Shown: piece after piece, positions 21,757 through 32,662 of the stretch
How positions within the stretch are numbered: the first letter of the stretch is position 1
How the letters are laid out: every line of letters starts with the position of its first letter
From: an uncultured Armatimonadetes bacterium
GTDB taxonomy: Bacteria > Armatimonadota > UBA5829 > DTJY01
Assembly: GCA_963717145.1 (NCBI GenBank)
Contig: OY970325.1
Location: 3,264,001-3,328,000 of the forward strand
DNA length: 64,000 nucleotides
Reading direction: 5' to 3'
Notes under the pieces: generated by a model
Databases searched by the model: none
What the model saw: the letters and a program-made list of their open reading frames with translations, nothing else
What the model was told of the DNA's origin: nothing
Translations under genes and position numbers: made by a program

Positions 21757-22776
21757 TCATTCCATGGCCTTGCTTCTCTTTTCCCGCTTATCGAGGAGGC
21801 CCTTGACCTCCGGGTCGTCCGGGATCGAGGCGTCGATGTGGATCACTTCCCCCTTGCAGCTCATCAGCGTGTACTCCCCCGACTTGGGGTCGCGACGGAA
21901 GATCAGCTTCGTGCGGCCCACGTATTCCCCATATGCGCCGGCCTGCACGACCGGCACTGCGCCGAGCGAGAAAGCCGTGCGTCGACCCGCGGAGACCATC
22001 GTCGGGGTCCTCAGCAGCGTATGAGAGTGCGCGCCGAGGATGATGTCGATCCCCGGGACCGCCTGCGCAAGCTGCGTGTCAGGGTTCACTCCAAGGTGGC
22101 TCAGCAGTACGACGATATCCGCCTGCATCCTCATCTCAGGGACGAGCTTCGCCGCGACCTCGATAGGCGGGAGTGTCCTGAGACCGAGTTCCGGCACCCC
22201 AATGTACAGCGCGGGGTTCGCGTCCGCCACATCGTTCATCAGTCCGAAGAAGGCGATCCGCACGCCCTGCACATCCTTGATCGTGTAGGGCGGAAGGAAC
22301 GTCTCGCCACTCGCCGTGTTGACCATGTTCGCGCAGACCCAGGGGAAGTCCGAGTGCTCGATCATGGCCCTGAGTTGCGGACCGCTCAGTTCGAAATCAT
22401 GGTTGCCAAGGACGGCCGCGTCGTAACCAGTCGCGTTCATGACCGCCACGTCGGCGAGGCCCTGATATCCTCGGCCACCGAAGGGATGCTTCCTGTACGT
22501 AGTATCGCCGGAATCGGTCAGCAGGACAGGTGTGCTCATCTCGTCGCGGACTCGGCGGATGACCGTCGCCCGACGAGATGCGCCGCCGACGCCATCGACC
22601 GTGGGGACGCTCTTCGACGGATCCTGCTGGATGTCCCACGGGAGGAGGCGCGAGTGTACGTCGTTCGTCGTGAGGAAGGTGATCTCGAAGTACAGAGGCT
22701 GCGGGCCCGATACCACCGTCGACGGGACGACCAGTGCGATCAGGAGCAGGACTGCAATACCGCATTTCGATTTCAT
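21757..22776 (-). CDS. Secreted 5'-nucleotidase-type metallophosphoesterase (N-terminal domain only)
   Basis: TNDVHS, DSGD, LGNHDF, LSHLG, GAHSH motifs. Confidence 0.85.
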   Translation of the reverse strand: MKSKCGIAVLLLIALVVPSTVVSGPQPLYFEITFLTTNDVHSRLLPWDIQQDPSKSVPTVDGVGGASRRATVIRRVRDEMSTPVLLTDSGDTTYRKHPFGGRGYQGLADVAVMNATGYDAAVLGNHDFELSGPQLRAMIEHSDFPWVCANMVNTASGETFLPPYTIKDVQGVRIAFFGLMNDVADANPALYIGVPELGLRTLPPIEVAAKLVPEMRMQADIVVLLSHLGVNPDTQLAQAVPGIDIILGAHSHTLLRTPTMVSAGRRTAFSLGAVPVVQAGAYGEYVGRTKLIFRRDPKSGEYTLMSCKGEVIHIDASIPDDPEVKGLLDKREKRSKAME

Positions 22777-22782
22777 TGCCAA

Positions 22783-23466
22783 CTACTCGATCACCCTGGT
22801 CTCGATGCTGCCGCTTCGAGTGGCTCGCTGCGCCATCATCGGAACGCCGAAGTAGCTCGGATAGGCGGTCTTCGAAGTATTGATGTCGAGAATCGTGGCG
22901 ACCTGCGCCCTCCCAAAGATGTGCGTCGTATACATGAGGTCGCTGCTGTTCGGACTGTGGCCGCCGATCCCGAGCGCATGCCCCAACTCGTGGGCGATCA
23001 GCGCCTGGATATCAATCGGAGCGGTCGGGCCTTCGGAATCGCTGATCGCGATCTTGATGGTGGCGGAGAACATCGTGCCGGAATCCGAGAAGAAGTTGAA
23101 GCTCGTCCGACCGTAGGTGCTTCCTCCAAGCTCACTCTGATCGACGAACCGGACCGTGACGTCCGCTGATGGCGACGTGACCACTCGGATCATCTGCAAC
23201 TCGCTGTTCCATTCGTCGGCACCGTCATGCTGAACGGTTCCATAGTTGGCGAGCCAGTTGGCGGGGAGTTCGAACCTGGCGGTCATCGGCAGGTGGTCCC
23301 AGTGGTAGAGCGCTCCGTCGAGCGCCGGGACGTAGTTCGGCGTGAAGAGCGTGGCGTCGATCACCCATCCGCGGATGGATGAAACCCCTCCGCCGCATCC
23401 GACGAGCGATGAGAGCAGCGCGATTGCCGCCAGTACGAGCAGAATCCGAGGTACCCGTGAGGTCAA
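22783..23466 (-). CDS. Matrixin (M10-like) zinc metalloprotease lipoprotein
   Basis: Lipobox LVGC; HELGHALGIGGHS; Met-turn DLMY; GAGGAG RBS before TTG. Confidence 0.85.
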   Translation of the reverse strand: MTSRVPRILLVLAAIALLSSLVGCGGGVSSIRGWVIDATLFTPNYVPALDGALYHWDHLPMTARFELPANWLANYGTVQHDGADEWNSELQMIRVVTSPSADVTVRFVDQSELGGSTYGRTSFNFFSDSGTMFSATIKIAISDSEGPTAPIDIQALIAHELGHALGIGGHSPNSSDLMYTTHIFGRAQVATILDINTSKTAYPSYFGVPMMAQRATRSGSIETRVIE

Positions 23467-23650
23467 GTGCTCCTCCCCAATTGGTATGCAGCCGATTCCC
23501 ATGTGGGCGCGGGGGGTTCGAGCCACAGCATCACAAGCTGCTGAGCATAGTGTATCACGGGGACAGAGGATTTCGCAAGCCTCGGAATGAAGGTCTTGGA
23601 GCAGTCGAGCGTCAAATGTGGTGCGAGTACCTTTGGTATCGGAGGACATT

Positions 23651-24319
23651 ATGAAGCCACTCGTGTGTGTAATCGCCTTGTGCATCATCAGTTGCACGTC
23701 TGTCTGCATGGCGGACGCCCCGGTGACGCCGAAGGAGCCGACCGCGCTGGAGAAGCAGTACCAGGCCGACCTGGAGCGGATCGCCGCGGCCATCATCAGT
23801 CTGTCCGAGACCAAGAGCCGGCTGCTGGTCGATCAGGCATCGGGCGCCCAGCCGACGGGCTTTCTCACGCGTCATATCGACTGGGGCAATATGCCGTTTG
23901 TCACCGTCTACCCGGTGTCGGCGCCCGTGCTCACGAACCTGAAGGACGTCGGTCCGGGCCGGGTCTTCGGGGCGGTACGGATTCTGCCTGAGAGCACGAA
24001 CCCGGAGAAGGCATCGACCGCCAAGCCGGGGGTCTACCTGCTGCTCAAGTTCGACGAGCGGTGGCTGGGAGTCCCCAAGGAGGGCAAGCCTCGGTACGGC
24101 GTCTGCCTCGTGGAGGTCTCGGGCGACGCGAGGTCCGGCTTCACGTACAAGAAGGCGCTCGATACCTATGGGACGGCGGACTCCTCACCGGTGAAGATCA
24201 CCTTTGGCGAGGCTGAGGGCGGTCCAACTCGGGCGAGGGCCAGGCTGCTCTACCCGCAGGAGAAGGACATGATCCTGTACGAGTTCGTCGTGGACCTAGT
24301 CGGGCTGATCTTCGTCTAG
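23651..24319 (+). CDS. Secreted hypothetical protein
   Basis: GGAGG RBS; signal-like N-terminus; genome-like codon use. Confidence 0.65.
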   Translation: MKPLVCVIALCIISCTSVCMADAPVTPKEPTALEKQYQADLERIAAAIISLSETKSRLLVDQASGAQPTGFLTRHIDWGNMPFVTVYPVSAPVLTNLKDVGPGRVFGAVRILPESTNPEKASTAKPGVYLLLKFDERWLGVPKEGKPRYGVCLVEVSGDARSGFTYKKALDTYGTADSSPVKITFGEAEGGPTRARARLLYPQEKDMILYEFVVDLVGLIFV

Positions 24320-24573
24320 CGGGAGCGTCGGTGGTAGCGGAACCAGAGGGCGAGGTCGGCGGTCACCATCAGGCCGTTCAGGGCATAGAGCCAGACGACG
24401 GCGTCCGGCCGGAAGATCAGCTTGTGGGCGATCCCGCCGGCGTATCCGACGATGACGAGCGCGAGGAAGATCGGGCTCTTCCCGACGACGTTTTTCGTCT
24501 TCCAGGTCCGATGGAGGGAGCACGGCCAGCTCGCCCCGAAGCACAGAAGCATGATGATCTCGAATGGACTCAT
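24316..24573 (-). CDS. Small PQ-loop/SemiSWEET-like membrane protein
   Basis: FEIIMLLCFGASWP...KS..F; three hydrophobic helices. Confidence 0.7.
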   Translation of the reverse strand: MSPFEIIMLLCFGASWPCSLHRTWKTKNVVGKSPIFLALVIVGYAGGIAHKLIFRPDAVVWLYALNGLMVTADLALWFRYHRRSR

Positions 24574-24642
24574 TGTGGACTCCTGTTGCGTGCTGAGTCC
24601 ATTATAGCGCAAATGCCTCGTTGGCGTGAGCGCTCGTCGGTC

Positions 24643-25200
24643 TCAGGTAGTCCCGGGGACGGGATGATAGGCGGAGTAGCCTTCCGGGGGCGGCTGGGCG
24701 TTCCTCATGCGGATGATTGAATAGCCGAGCGTGGAGTGGATCACCGACTCTCTGAGCTTCCAGAGCGAAGGCATCATCCTCAGCTCCACGTTGTGACCGG
24801 CAATCTCGGACACGATGTCCGTGATCTCCGTCTCCCCGGCAGGTCTCACAGGCTCGCGTGATATGTAGTAACCGGCGATGTCGTCGGCGAGCGCAAATCC
24901 TGCGGGGTTGAACTCATACTGGTAGATGCGCTCCGCACGGATTCGCTCTACCCAGGCGCTCTCCACGGCGATCACCCGGTCGGCGCTGGTGTGGCCGAAG
25001 AAGCGCTCGACATCCGACGGGTCGGTGTCGTCGCGGACGTAGAAGGTCACCCTGGGGCAGTCTCTCGGGAGCAGGTAGTTGGGAAGGTGCTCGCGGTCTA
25101 TCGCCCAGACGACAGCCTCCTCCTCGAAGCCGTGCCCGCCGGTCCGCGGCTCAAACACCTCGATCCCCGCTTGATCGCTGATGTGGTAGAGATTGGTCAT
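24643..25200 (-). CDS. DUF6886-like hypothetical protein
   Basis: LYHISD..I.VFEPR, VWAID...NYLLPRDCPRV, SIIRMRNA. Confidence 0.7.
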   Translation of the reverse strand: MTNLYHISDQAGIEVFEPRTGGHGFEEEAVVWAIDREHLPNYLLPRDCPRVTFYVRDDTDPSDVERFFGHTSADRVIAVESAWVERIRAERIYQYEFNPAGFALADDIAGYYISREPVRPAGETEITDIVSEIAGHNVELRMMPSLWKLRESVIHSTLGYSIIRMRNAQPPPEGYSAYHPVPGTT

Positions 25201-25225
25201 GGCTCCAGTCATATCCCAGCGCTTA

Positions 25226-25618
25226 CTACTCGAGCCAATCCTCGATCTTGAGGCTTGGGATTCGGAGAAAGCCCTTGTCATGGGTAACCAGCGTCAGGCC
25301 GTGGCAAAGAGCGGTCGAGGCGATGAAGAGGTCGTTGTCTTCCAGGAGTTGGCCGGCAGCCCCGAGTTGTGCCTTCAGGACACCGTATTCGAGGGAGACT
25401 CTTGCGTCGACCGGGAGGATAGTGGCATCACTCATGAAGTGTTGAAGCCTGAGTATCTCCTGGGCGGGACGCGAGCTGTGCATGGCACCGTAAGCCATCT
25501 CGCCGATTGTGACAGCCGATACGTATACCGTGGATTGGCCGAGCGCTTGAATGCGATCGGTAACTCCTCGCCGTGTAGCCAGGAAATCCACGCAGACGTT
25601 AGTGTCAAGTAGGTACAC
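25226..25618 (-). CDS. vapC: PIN-domain toxin (VapC)
   Basis: YLLDTNV, TIGEM, NDLFIASTA, LVTHD acidic PIN residues. Confidence 0.92.
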   Translation of the reverse strand: MYLLDTNVCVDFLATRRGVTDRIQALGQSTVYVSAVTIGEMAYGAMHSSRPAQEILRLQHFMSDATILPVDARVSLEYGVLKAQLGAAGQLLEDNDLFIASTALCHGLTLVTHDKGFLRIPSLKIEDWLE

Positions 25619-25624
25619 TTCAGG

Positions 25625-25813
25625 TTATCTCGATGACCGTCGTGAACTGAAGATCTCGTGCTTGATATGCTCGATCTCTTCGTCCGTCATGTGGCTCCAA
25701 AGACCGGCGGATCTCATCAGCCTGGCGGCGGTACCTTTCGGTGGCAACGGGGATCGCTTGGGTGTTGTCTTCCCCTCAGAAAGCTTGTCGTGTTTTGCGG
25801 CTGTTCGAGGCAT
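25625..25813 (-). CDS. Probable VapB-type antitoxin
   Basis: 62-aa ORF directly upstream of vapC; AGLWSHMTDEEIE-type C-terminus; RBS GGAGG. Confidence 0.7.
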   Translation of the reverse strand: MPRTAAKHDKLSEGKTTPKRSPLPPKGTAARLMRSAGLWSHMTDEEIEHIKHEIFSSRRSSR

Positions 25814-25904
25814 AGAATGATCCCTCCGTTCCTATTGTACCACACCATCCGAGAAACGCAAATGGCTGGCAACTTGTTGGATGGTTGGGAATACCGCGCA
25901 CGCT

Positions 25905-28707
25905 TCAGAGTGGCATCGGTAGTGAGCCCTTCACCCAAGAAACATGCTCAAGATCGTCCCATAGCCATCGGTAAGCTAGGTCTGTCGCGGGTGTGGGGCC
26001 GAACACCCTTACGCCTTCGTGTCGCCGCCGCCAACCAAGCCATGGGGCATTTGGTCTCAGCGTGGTCATCTTCTGCCGCAGAGATTCTCGAAGCTCATCA
26101 CATACGAGCTGTGTTCTGCATCCAATCTCGATGCAGACGCACTTGGCTTCAGTTGCCGGCAGAGGCTCGAGATGCCACATAAGCGTCGGTCCACCGGCAT
26201 ACCCCTTGTGCTCCTCTGTGTCACTAAGTATGCCCACCAAGACGTGCTGGCATTAACGCATAGGTATGCAGGTGCGTAGCGAAGCGCTCGAACCATGTAT
26301 CCACTAGCTGCGTGTATATCTCCATGGCTCCACTGTACACCGCCCGTGTACGGGATAGCAGGGCCGAAGCACTGTACGGACTCCAAACCCATGGAGCAGA
26401 GCGGTTCTCGATACTGAGATCAGAACCCGGCCAAGGCGGGCGCAGGTGATCCTCGCCACGCCTCACTAGATCGTCAAGATGACTCACCAATGGCTCAGGC
26501 TCGTATATGCTGCGCCCCAGCCCCAAGACTACTGTGATACTCTCGATTGGCTCAGGACTCTCTTTGCGTATCCTCCGGTTGGAGTTCTCTATCTCAGCAA
26601 TCTTGCGCTGCAGTTGCCAAATGGGAATGGGAGTGTCGCGCAACGATCCCATGTCCATGAGTGCCAGTGCCATCCTCCAAGCAGCTTCCTTCACAAAAGT
26701 CTCACAGTCTATTGGCAGAGCACGCTTCTTGAGTGCGCTGGATAGATTGGCAACAAGTTCTTCATGGGTCCACTGCCATGCCCAAGCCGACTGCTCACAG
26801 ATCGACGCCCACCTAATGCTGGGGTAGTCGCGTGATGGTAGATGGGGCCCTAGCTCAAGTTGGTGGACATCTTCCTTGTCGCCACCGGAATACCATGCAA
26901 CATCGAGCGACTGGGCATTTGTGGCGACGCCTACCGATTGCAGGGTGCCATCGCGTCTGAGCGGTGCAACTAGCTGTGCCAGAGGTCCAAGGCCTTTCAC
27001 CCACGCACCCATAGCTTCTCTTAACCTTCGCCCACACTCATCTGCGGTTGGCATTGCCCCTTCGGACGAAAGCCCCCTCTTGGCAATGCCCTCCGCAATC
27101 ACTTCAGCGGCAAATGCAGGACGTATCTCAGCAAGAGGTGTTAGCACACTTGACACGGCATCGTGGTTTCCCGTCGCGGCAAACACTGCAAGTGGGTAGC
27201 GCCAGCGATCAAGTCGCCGGGGATCTCCGATGATGGCCGATATACTCACTCCCGCTGTGCCAAGGCCCTGAGCGGCGAACCACTCGGCGAAGACGGGCAG
27301 CGCAAAAGACAACAGACCTGATCGTAGCACGACCAGGCGGGTATCGAGTAACGACTGCACCTCGATAGTGGTACCGATCTCCGAGCTAGGTACGGCTCCG
27401 CCTCTATCCGTGTTGAGAACAGCTAGTCGGATGAGATGGGTAGCCGATGTCCGAATGCCACTGGTAGCTCTAGCTAATGCACGCTCAACGACATGTGATA
27501 TCATCTCCCCTGTTGAGCGGGGCGAAGCCGCTTGGCGGCGTCTGAGAAACATCCCGTACAGGACTGCGAAAAGCGGATAGTGAACGGCCTTGCGCACAGA
27601 CGGCGGCAGGATGTTGAATGAGTATGAGGACGTCTCATCTCCGGTACACCAAGTGATCAGACTCGCTACTTCATCATCGGTCAGTTCTGGAACCCGCACC
27701 TTCTCTGCGGCCTGCTCCACCTCAGGCAGTGGACGGCTTGTCATGATCACCCTGGTAGATGGCCAAGTATCGGCGATCGCCCGCGCCTCATCTCTGAGGC
27801 TTACCAAAGCATCCGATCCTACCTCATCAAGCCCATCCAGCACGATCACAGCGCCCTTCAGACCGGGGTTGCCCAGAGGCCGGGCTGCCTCTTCTACTGA
27901 TGCTCGCAGTCTGCCGACCGCCGCCCTCAAGTCACCCTCAGTGAGGTACACAGGAATAGGTGATCCGGAATCGTTCTGTGCTTTTCGAACTGCACCCTGA
28001 AACAACCGTTCGGCAGCCAAGGATTTGCCCGCTCCGATGTCCCCAGTCAGCACAACAACGAGCTTGCCGGCGCACTTGTCAAACCAGTCTCCAGGCATAC
28101 CAATCGATGGATCGTCAGCCAGGCACGCGGCTTCCTGCTCGGACAGACCTACAGCCTCCCAGCGGGATATACAGCGCGCCCGTGAGTAACGCGCCAGTTC
28201 TGCTAGCTTGGCGGGATGGCTCAAGAGATCATGGAGATCTGGTCGGTCTTCGGCGATGGCTGTCAGAATGGGAGCGCAATTCGAGTCCAGGACCTGGTTC
28301 TTGGGAACAAGGACTCTCCAGCCCCTATCGGACGTAATATGCGCGACGTCTCTTGTAATGCGAACCCAATAGCAGCGGTCGCTGTTAGTGTCGCACAGCA
28401 CTAGTACCACCGGCAGCGAGTGATTGAGCCAGTAGTTGAGATGGGAAATGTCCTCACGATGAACGAAACCAGCGTCTGTCTCCTCCCGGAAACGGCTGCT
28501 GCCTGATCTGATCTGCAAGGCGATGAGCCGCCCAGTGGCCTGTGAGTCTCTCAGGAGTTCAATATGGGCGTCAATACCCTTGTCATTGACCGGTTGCTCC
28601 CTGAACATCCATCCCAGATCCTTCGTGATGATCCGATCGACTAGGTTGACTCCTATCCTATCTGTCTGATTGTTGACACTCGGGAACTCCAAAGACCAAC
28701 CCCCCAA
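25905..28707 (-). CDS. DUF4365 (PD-(D/E)xK-like) fused to a NACHT/STAND NTPase, putative defence protein; frameshift near 26240
   Basis: REQPVNDKGIDAHIE...ALQIRSG; Walker A GDIGAGKS; Walker B VIVLDGLDE; ORF 25905..26240 continues after LMPARL. Confidence 0.8.
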
Positions 28708-28781
28708 AGATCGCTAGATCACTGGCATTATACAGCGGACGCAGTCAACCGGCAATACCTCGGCACCAGCCGAACGAGAAG

Positions 28782-28809
28782 AGGCGAGCCCACCAGTGCG
28801 GGCTCGCCT
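28782..28809 (-). terminator. Hairpin terminator after ppdK
   Basis: AGGCGAGCCC...GGGCTCGCCT followed by a pyrimidine run on the minus strand. Confidence 0.5.
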
Positions 28810-28871
28810 TCCTGTACACTCCATGGTCTGACGAGACGCCACCATCGGGCGTACCGCGTCCCGTACCGCCA

Positions 28872-31566
28872 CTACTTATCCCGCTGGACGCCCTTGCCCT
28901 GGTCCTCGATGACGGCCTGGGCGGCGGCGAGGCGGGCGACCGGGATGCGGCGTGGGCGAGCAGGATACGTAGTTCAGGCCGAGCTTGTGGCAGAACTTCA
29001 CGCTGTCCGGCTCGCCGCCGTGCTCGCCGCAGATGCCGAGCTTGATCTTCGGGTTGACCGCCCGCGCGTCCTCGACGCAGATCTTCATCAGCCGGCCGAT
29101 GCCCTTCTGGTCGATGGTCTCGGTCGGGTCGGTCTTGAAGATCTGCTTGTCGATGTAGAGCGGCAGGAACTTGCCGGCGTCGTCGCGGCTGATGCCGTAG
29201 CCCATCTGGGTCAGGTCGTTGGTGCCGAAGCTGAAGAACGCGGCTTCCTTCGCGATCTCGTCGGCGGTCAGGGCCGCGCGCGGGATCTCGATCATCGTGC
29301 CGAACATGTAGTCGACCTCGACGCCCTCGGCCGCCATCGTCTTCTTCGCGATCGTCCTCGAGCTGGTCCTTGATGTAGGTCAGCTCGTTGACGGTGCCGA
29401 CGAGCGGGATCATGATCTCGGGATGAACGTCCATGCCGGCCTTCTTGACCTCGCACGCCGCGCCGATGATCGCGGCGACCTGCATGTTCACGATGCCGGG
29501 GAAGTAGATGCTGAAGCCGGCAGCCGCGCAGGCCGAGCATCGGGTTCTCCTCGTGCATCTCGTGCGACCTTCTTGAGCATCGCTTCCTTCTCGGCCAGCT
29601 CCGGCGCGTTCGGATTCTTGCAGCGAATCTCGGTGACCTCCACCATGAGGTCCATCATGCGGCGGCAGGAACTCGTGCAGCGGCGGGTCGATCAGGCGGA
29701 CCGTGACCGGCCTGCCGCCCATCGCCTTGAAGATGCCCACGAAGTCCTCGCGCTGCATCGGGAGCAGCTTGTCGAGCGCCGTCTGGCGGATCGTCTCGTC
29801 GTCGGCAAGGATCATGTCGCGCACGAGCGGCACGCGGTCGGAGCCGAGGAACATGTGCTCAGTGCGGCAGAGGCCGATGCCCTCCGCGCCGAGTGCGACC
29901 GCCTCAGCGGCATGCTCGGGCGTGTCGGCGTTGGCGCGGACGCCCAGCTTGCGGAACTCGTCGGCCCACGCCATGAACGTGCCGAAGTCGCCGGTGACGC
30001 GTGGCGGGCTCGGTTTCGAGCTCGACGTTGTAGACCTCGCCGAGGGTGCCGTCGATGGTGATGACGTCGCCTTCCTTGACGGTGACGCCGTTGGCGGTGA
30101 ACTGCGCGCTTGTCATCGTCGATCTTCAGCGCGCCGCAGCCGCAGATCGTCGGGATGCCGTACTGGCGGGCGACGAGCGCCGCGTGGCTGGTGCGGCCGC
30201 CGCGCTGGGTCAGAACGCCCTTGGACGCGAGCATGCCGCCGAGGTCGTCCGGGTTGGTCTCCTTGCGGACGAGGATGACCTTGTCTTGCCCTCGGCGGCC
30301 ATCTTGATGGCGGTCTTGGAGTCGAGCGCGACCTGGCCGGATGCGCCGCCGGGACCGGCGTTCAGGCCCTTGGCAATCGGCTTGGCGCCGCTCGGCGTTC
30401 TTGATCCTCGGGTTGCAGAAGCTGCTCGAGCGCCTCCGGCGGGACGCGGGTGAGCGCCTCTTCCTTGGTGATCAGGCCCTCGCTCGACCATGTCGACGGC
30501 GATCTTCACCGCGGCGACGCCGGTGCGCTTGCCCGGCGCGGCACTGCAGGATGAAGAGGCGGCCCTTCTCGATGGTGAACTCGATGTCCTGCATCTCGCG
30601 GTAGTGGTCCTCGAGCTTCTGCGCGATGTCGGCGAACTGCTTGTAGATCGTCGGGGAACTCGTTCTCGAGCTGGTCGATCGACTCGGGGTGCGCACGCCG
30701 GCGACGACGTCCTCGCCCTGCGCGTTCTTCAGGAACTCGCCGAAGAGCTTGTTCTCGCCGGTGGCGGCGTTGCGGGTGAATGCGACGCCGGTGCCGCAGT
30801 CGTCGCCCATGTTGCCGAAGACCATCGTCTGGATGTTGACGGCGGTGCCGAGGTCGTGGGCGATCTTCTCTCGGTTGCGGTAGATGACGGCGCGCTCGTT
30901 GTTCCAGCTCTTGAAGACGGCGATGATCGCCAGCTTGAGCTGCTCCATCGGGTCGGTCGGGAAGTCCGTGCCGGTGACTTCCTTGAAGTACGCCTTATAC
31001 TTGGCCGACGAGCTCCTTCAGGCCGGCGGCGTCGACTTCGGTGTCGAACTTCGCGCCCGGCTTCGCTCTTCATGGCGTCGAAGATCTTCTCGAAGTGCTG
31101 CTTCTTCGAGCTTGGGATACTCGTCGGAGAGGACGATGTCCGAGAACATCATCAGGAAGCGGCGATATGCGTCGTAGCCGAACCGCTCGTTGCCGGTCGC
31201 GGCGACGATGCCCTTGAGGGTATCGTCGTTCAGGCCGAGGTTCAGGACGGTGTCCATCATGCCCGGCATCGAGAACTTCGCGCCGGATCGGACGGAGACG
31301 AGCAGCGGGTTGGCTGCGTCGCCGAGCTTCTTGCCCATGTCCTTCTCGACATCGGCGAGTGCGGCGAGAACGTCTTCCCACAGGCCGTCGGGAAGCTTGC
31401 CGAGCTTGGTGTACTCGTTGCAGGTCTCGGTGGTGATGGTGAACCCGGGCGGAACGGGAAGACCGATATTGGTCATCTCGCACAGGTTTGCGCCCTTGCC
31501 GCCGAGCAGGTCCTTCATCGTCGCGTTGCCTTCACGGAACAGGTAAACGCGCTTCTTGTCACTCAT
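28872..31566 (-). CDS. ppdK: Pyruvate phosphate dikinase; many frameshifts, probably assembly errors
   Basis: [38 protein letters not shown] (phospho-His), [30 protein letters not shown] spread over several frames. Confidence 0.95.
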
Positions 31567-31704
31567 GGTAAATACCCCCTTCGCATGGCCGGCACTGAGG
31601 CACGGCCACCACATGTTAATTGATGATAGCATTTGGGCCAGACGCAGCAATAGGCCCTGCGATTCGGCCCGATATCGCAGGGCCACATATGAAAACACTC
31701 CCTG

Positions 31705-31787
31705 TGGAGTGCGGAAGCGAAGTCTGACGGAGCTTCCGCTTTGGATCGCAAAGCGGAAGCTCCGTCAGACTTCGCTTCCGCACTCCA
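31705..31787. repeat. Inverted-repeat (TGGAG-type REP-like) element
   Basis: TGGAGTGCGGAAGCGAAGTCTGACGGAGCTTCCGCTTTG and its reverse complement. Confidence 0.8.
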
Positions 31788-31795
31788 AACGAATG

Positions 31796-32644
31796 CTACC
31801 GCTTCGGCTTCACGGTTACAGCAACGGGCCCGACTGACGTCTTCGGCGCACTCTGAGATGTCAGGAAAGCCTCGAGCGCATACTCGCCGGCCTTGACCTG
31901 GCCGCCCTGGTTGTCCTTCTGAGGCCAGGCCGCAGTAAACGTCTTCTTCTCTCCAGGCGCTAACGTGATCGATGTCAGCATCTGAATAAACGACTTGCCG
32001 GCCGACCACCGCCAGATCTCACGACCGTTCGCCGTCGCGGCGAAATCGAACTGCTGGCCGGATGAGAACGCCAGCGTTTGGGATATCGGGCCTGTGTTCT
32101 CGACGACAAATGTCATCGGCACCTGTTCACCGGCCCGGTACTCCGGCTGTGCGACTTCCATCGTGAACCGCAAGTTGCCCTGCACGTTCGTTTTCCTCAC
32201 GGGACCAGGCGGTGGGCCGGGCATGGGACTCGGCGGAGTCCAGGGATATATCCGCTCGATCTCACTGATGTACCACGGACCTTCCCGACCGGGAGCGCTG
32301 GAACCAGAGAACAGTTTACCACGTATCTCGTCGCCCTGCAACAGGTAGTAGGCCGCGATGGCGCCGATGTTCCGCTTGTCGTTGAAATCGACCTTGCCGT
32401 TTGTCTTGTACAGGTAGTTCTCCGCGGTAATCTGGATCATCCTTTCCCTGACATCGAGTAATGACAGGTCGGAACTCTCATTGACTCGCAGCATGATTCT
32501 TGCCCCGGGGAACGAAAGCCTTTCGCCACCGAGGAAGGTCGCCCGGATCACGGAACACTGTTGGTCCGCTGAGGGAACCTGTGCCTGGGCCGTGCCGAAG
32601 AGGAAAACCAGTAGTGCAATCGGTGCGAGCAGTCTGATGCGCAT
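31796..32644 (-). CDS. Secreted protein with a C-terminal BsuPI (intracellular proteinase inhibitor)-like domain
   Basis: Signal peptide; LAFSSGQQFDF...WRWSAGKSFIQ...LAPGE. Confidence 0.8.
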   Translation of the reverse strand: MRIRLLAPIALLVFLFGTAQAQVPSADQQCSVIRATFLGGERLSFPGARIMLRVNESSDLSLLDVRERMIQITAENYLYKTNGKVDFNDKRNIGAIAAYYLLQGDEIRGKLFSGSSAPGREGPWYISEIERIYPWTPPSPMPGPPPGPVRKTNVQGNLRFTMEVAQPEYRAGEQVPMTFVVENTGPISQTLAFSSGQQFDFAATANGREIWRWSAGKSFIQMLTSITLAPGEKKTFTAAWPQKDNQGGQVKAGEYALEAFLTSQSAPKTSVGPVAVTVKPKR

Positions 32645-32662
32645 GATACTTACCTCCTTTGG

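Noticed and set aside
25200-28760. Prophage or integrative element around the defence genes
   Set aside because: No integrase, transposase, phage genes or flanking direct repeats were seen
28872-31566. ppdK as a true pseudogene or programmed frameshift
   Set aside because: Catalytic motifs are intact and similar indels hit the essential tuf gene, so assembly error is more likely
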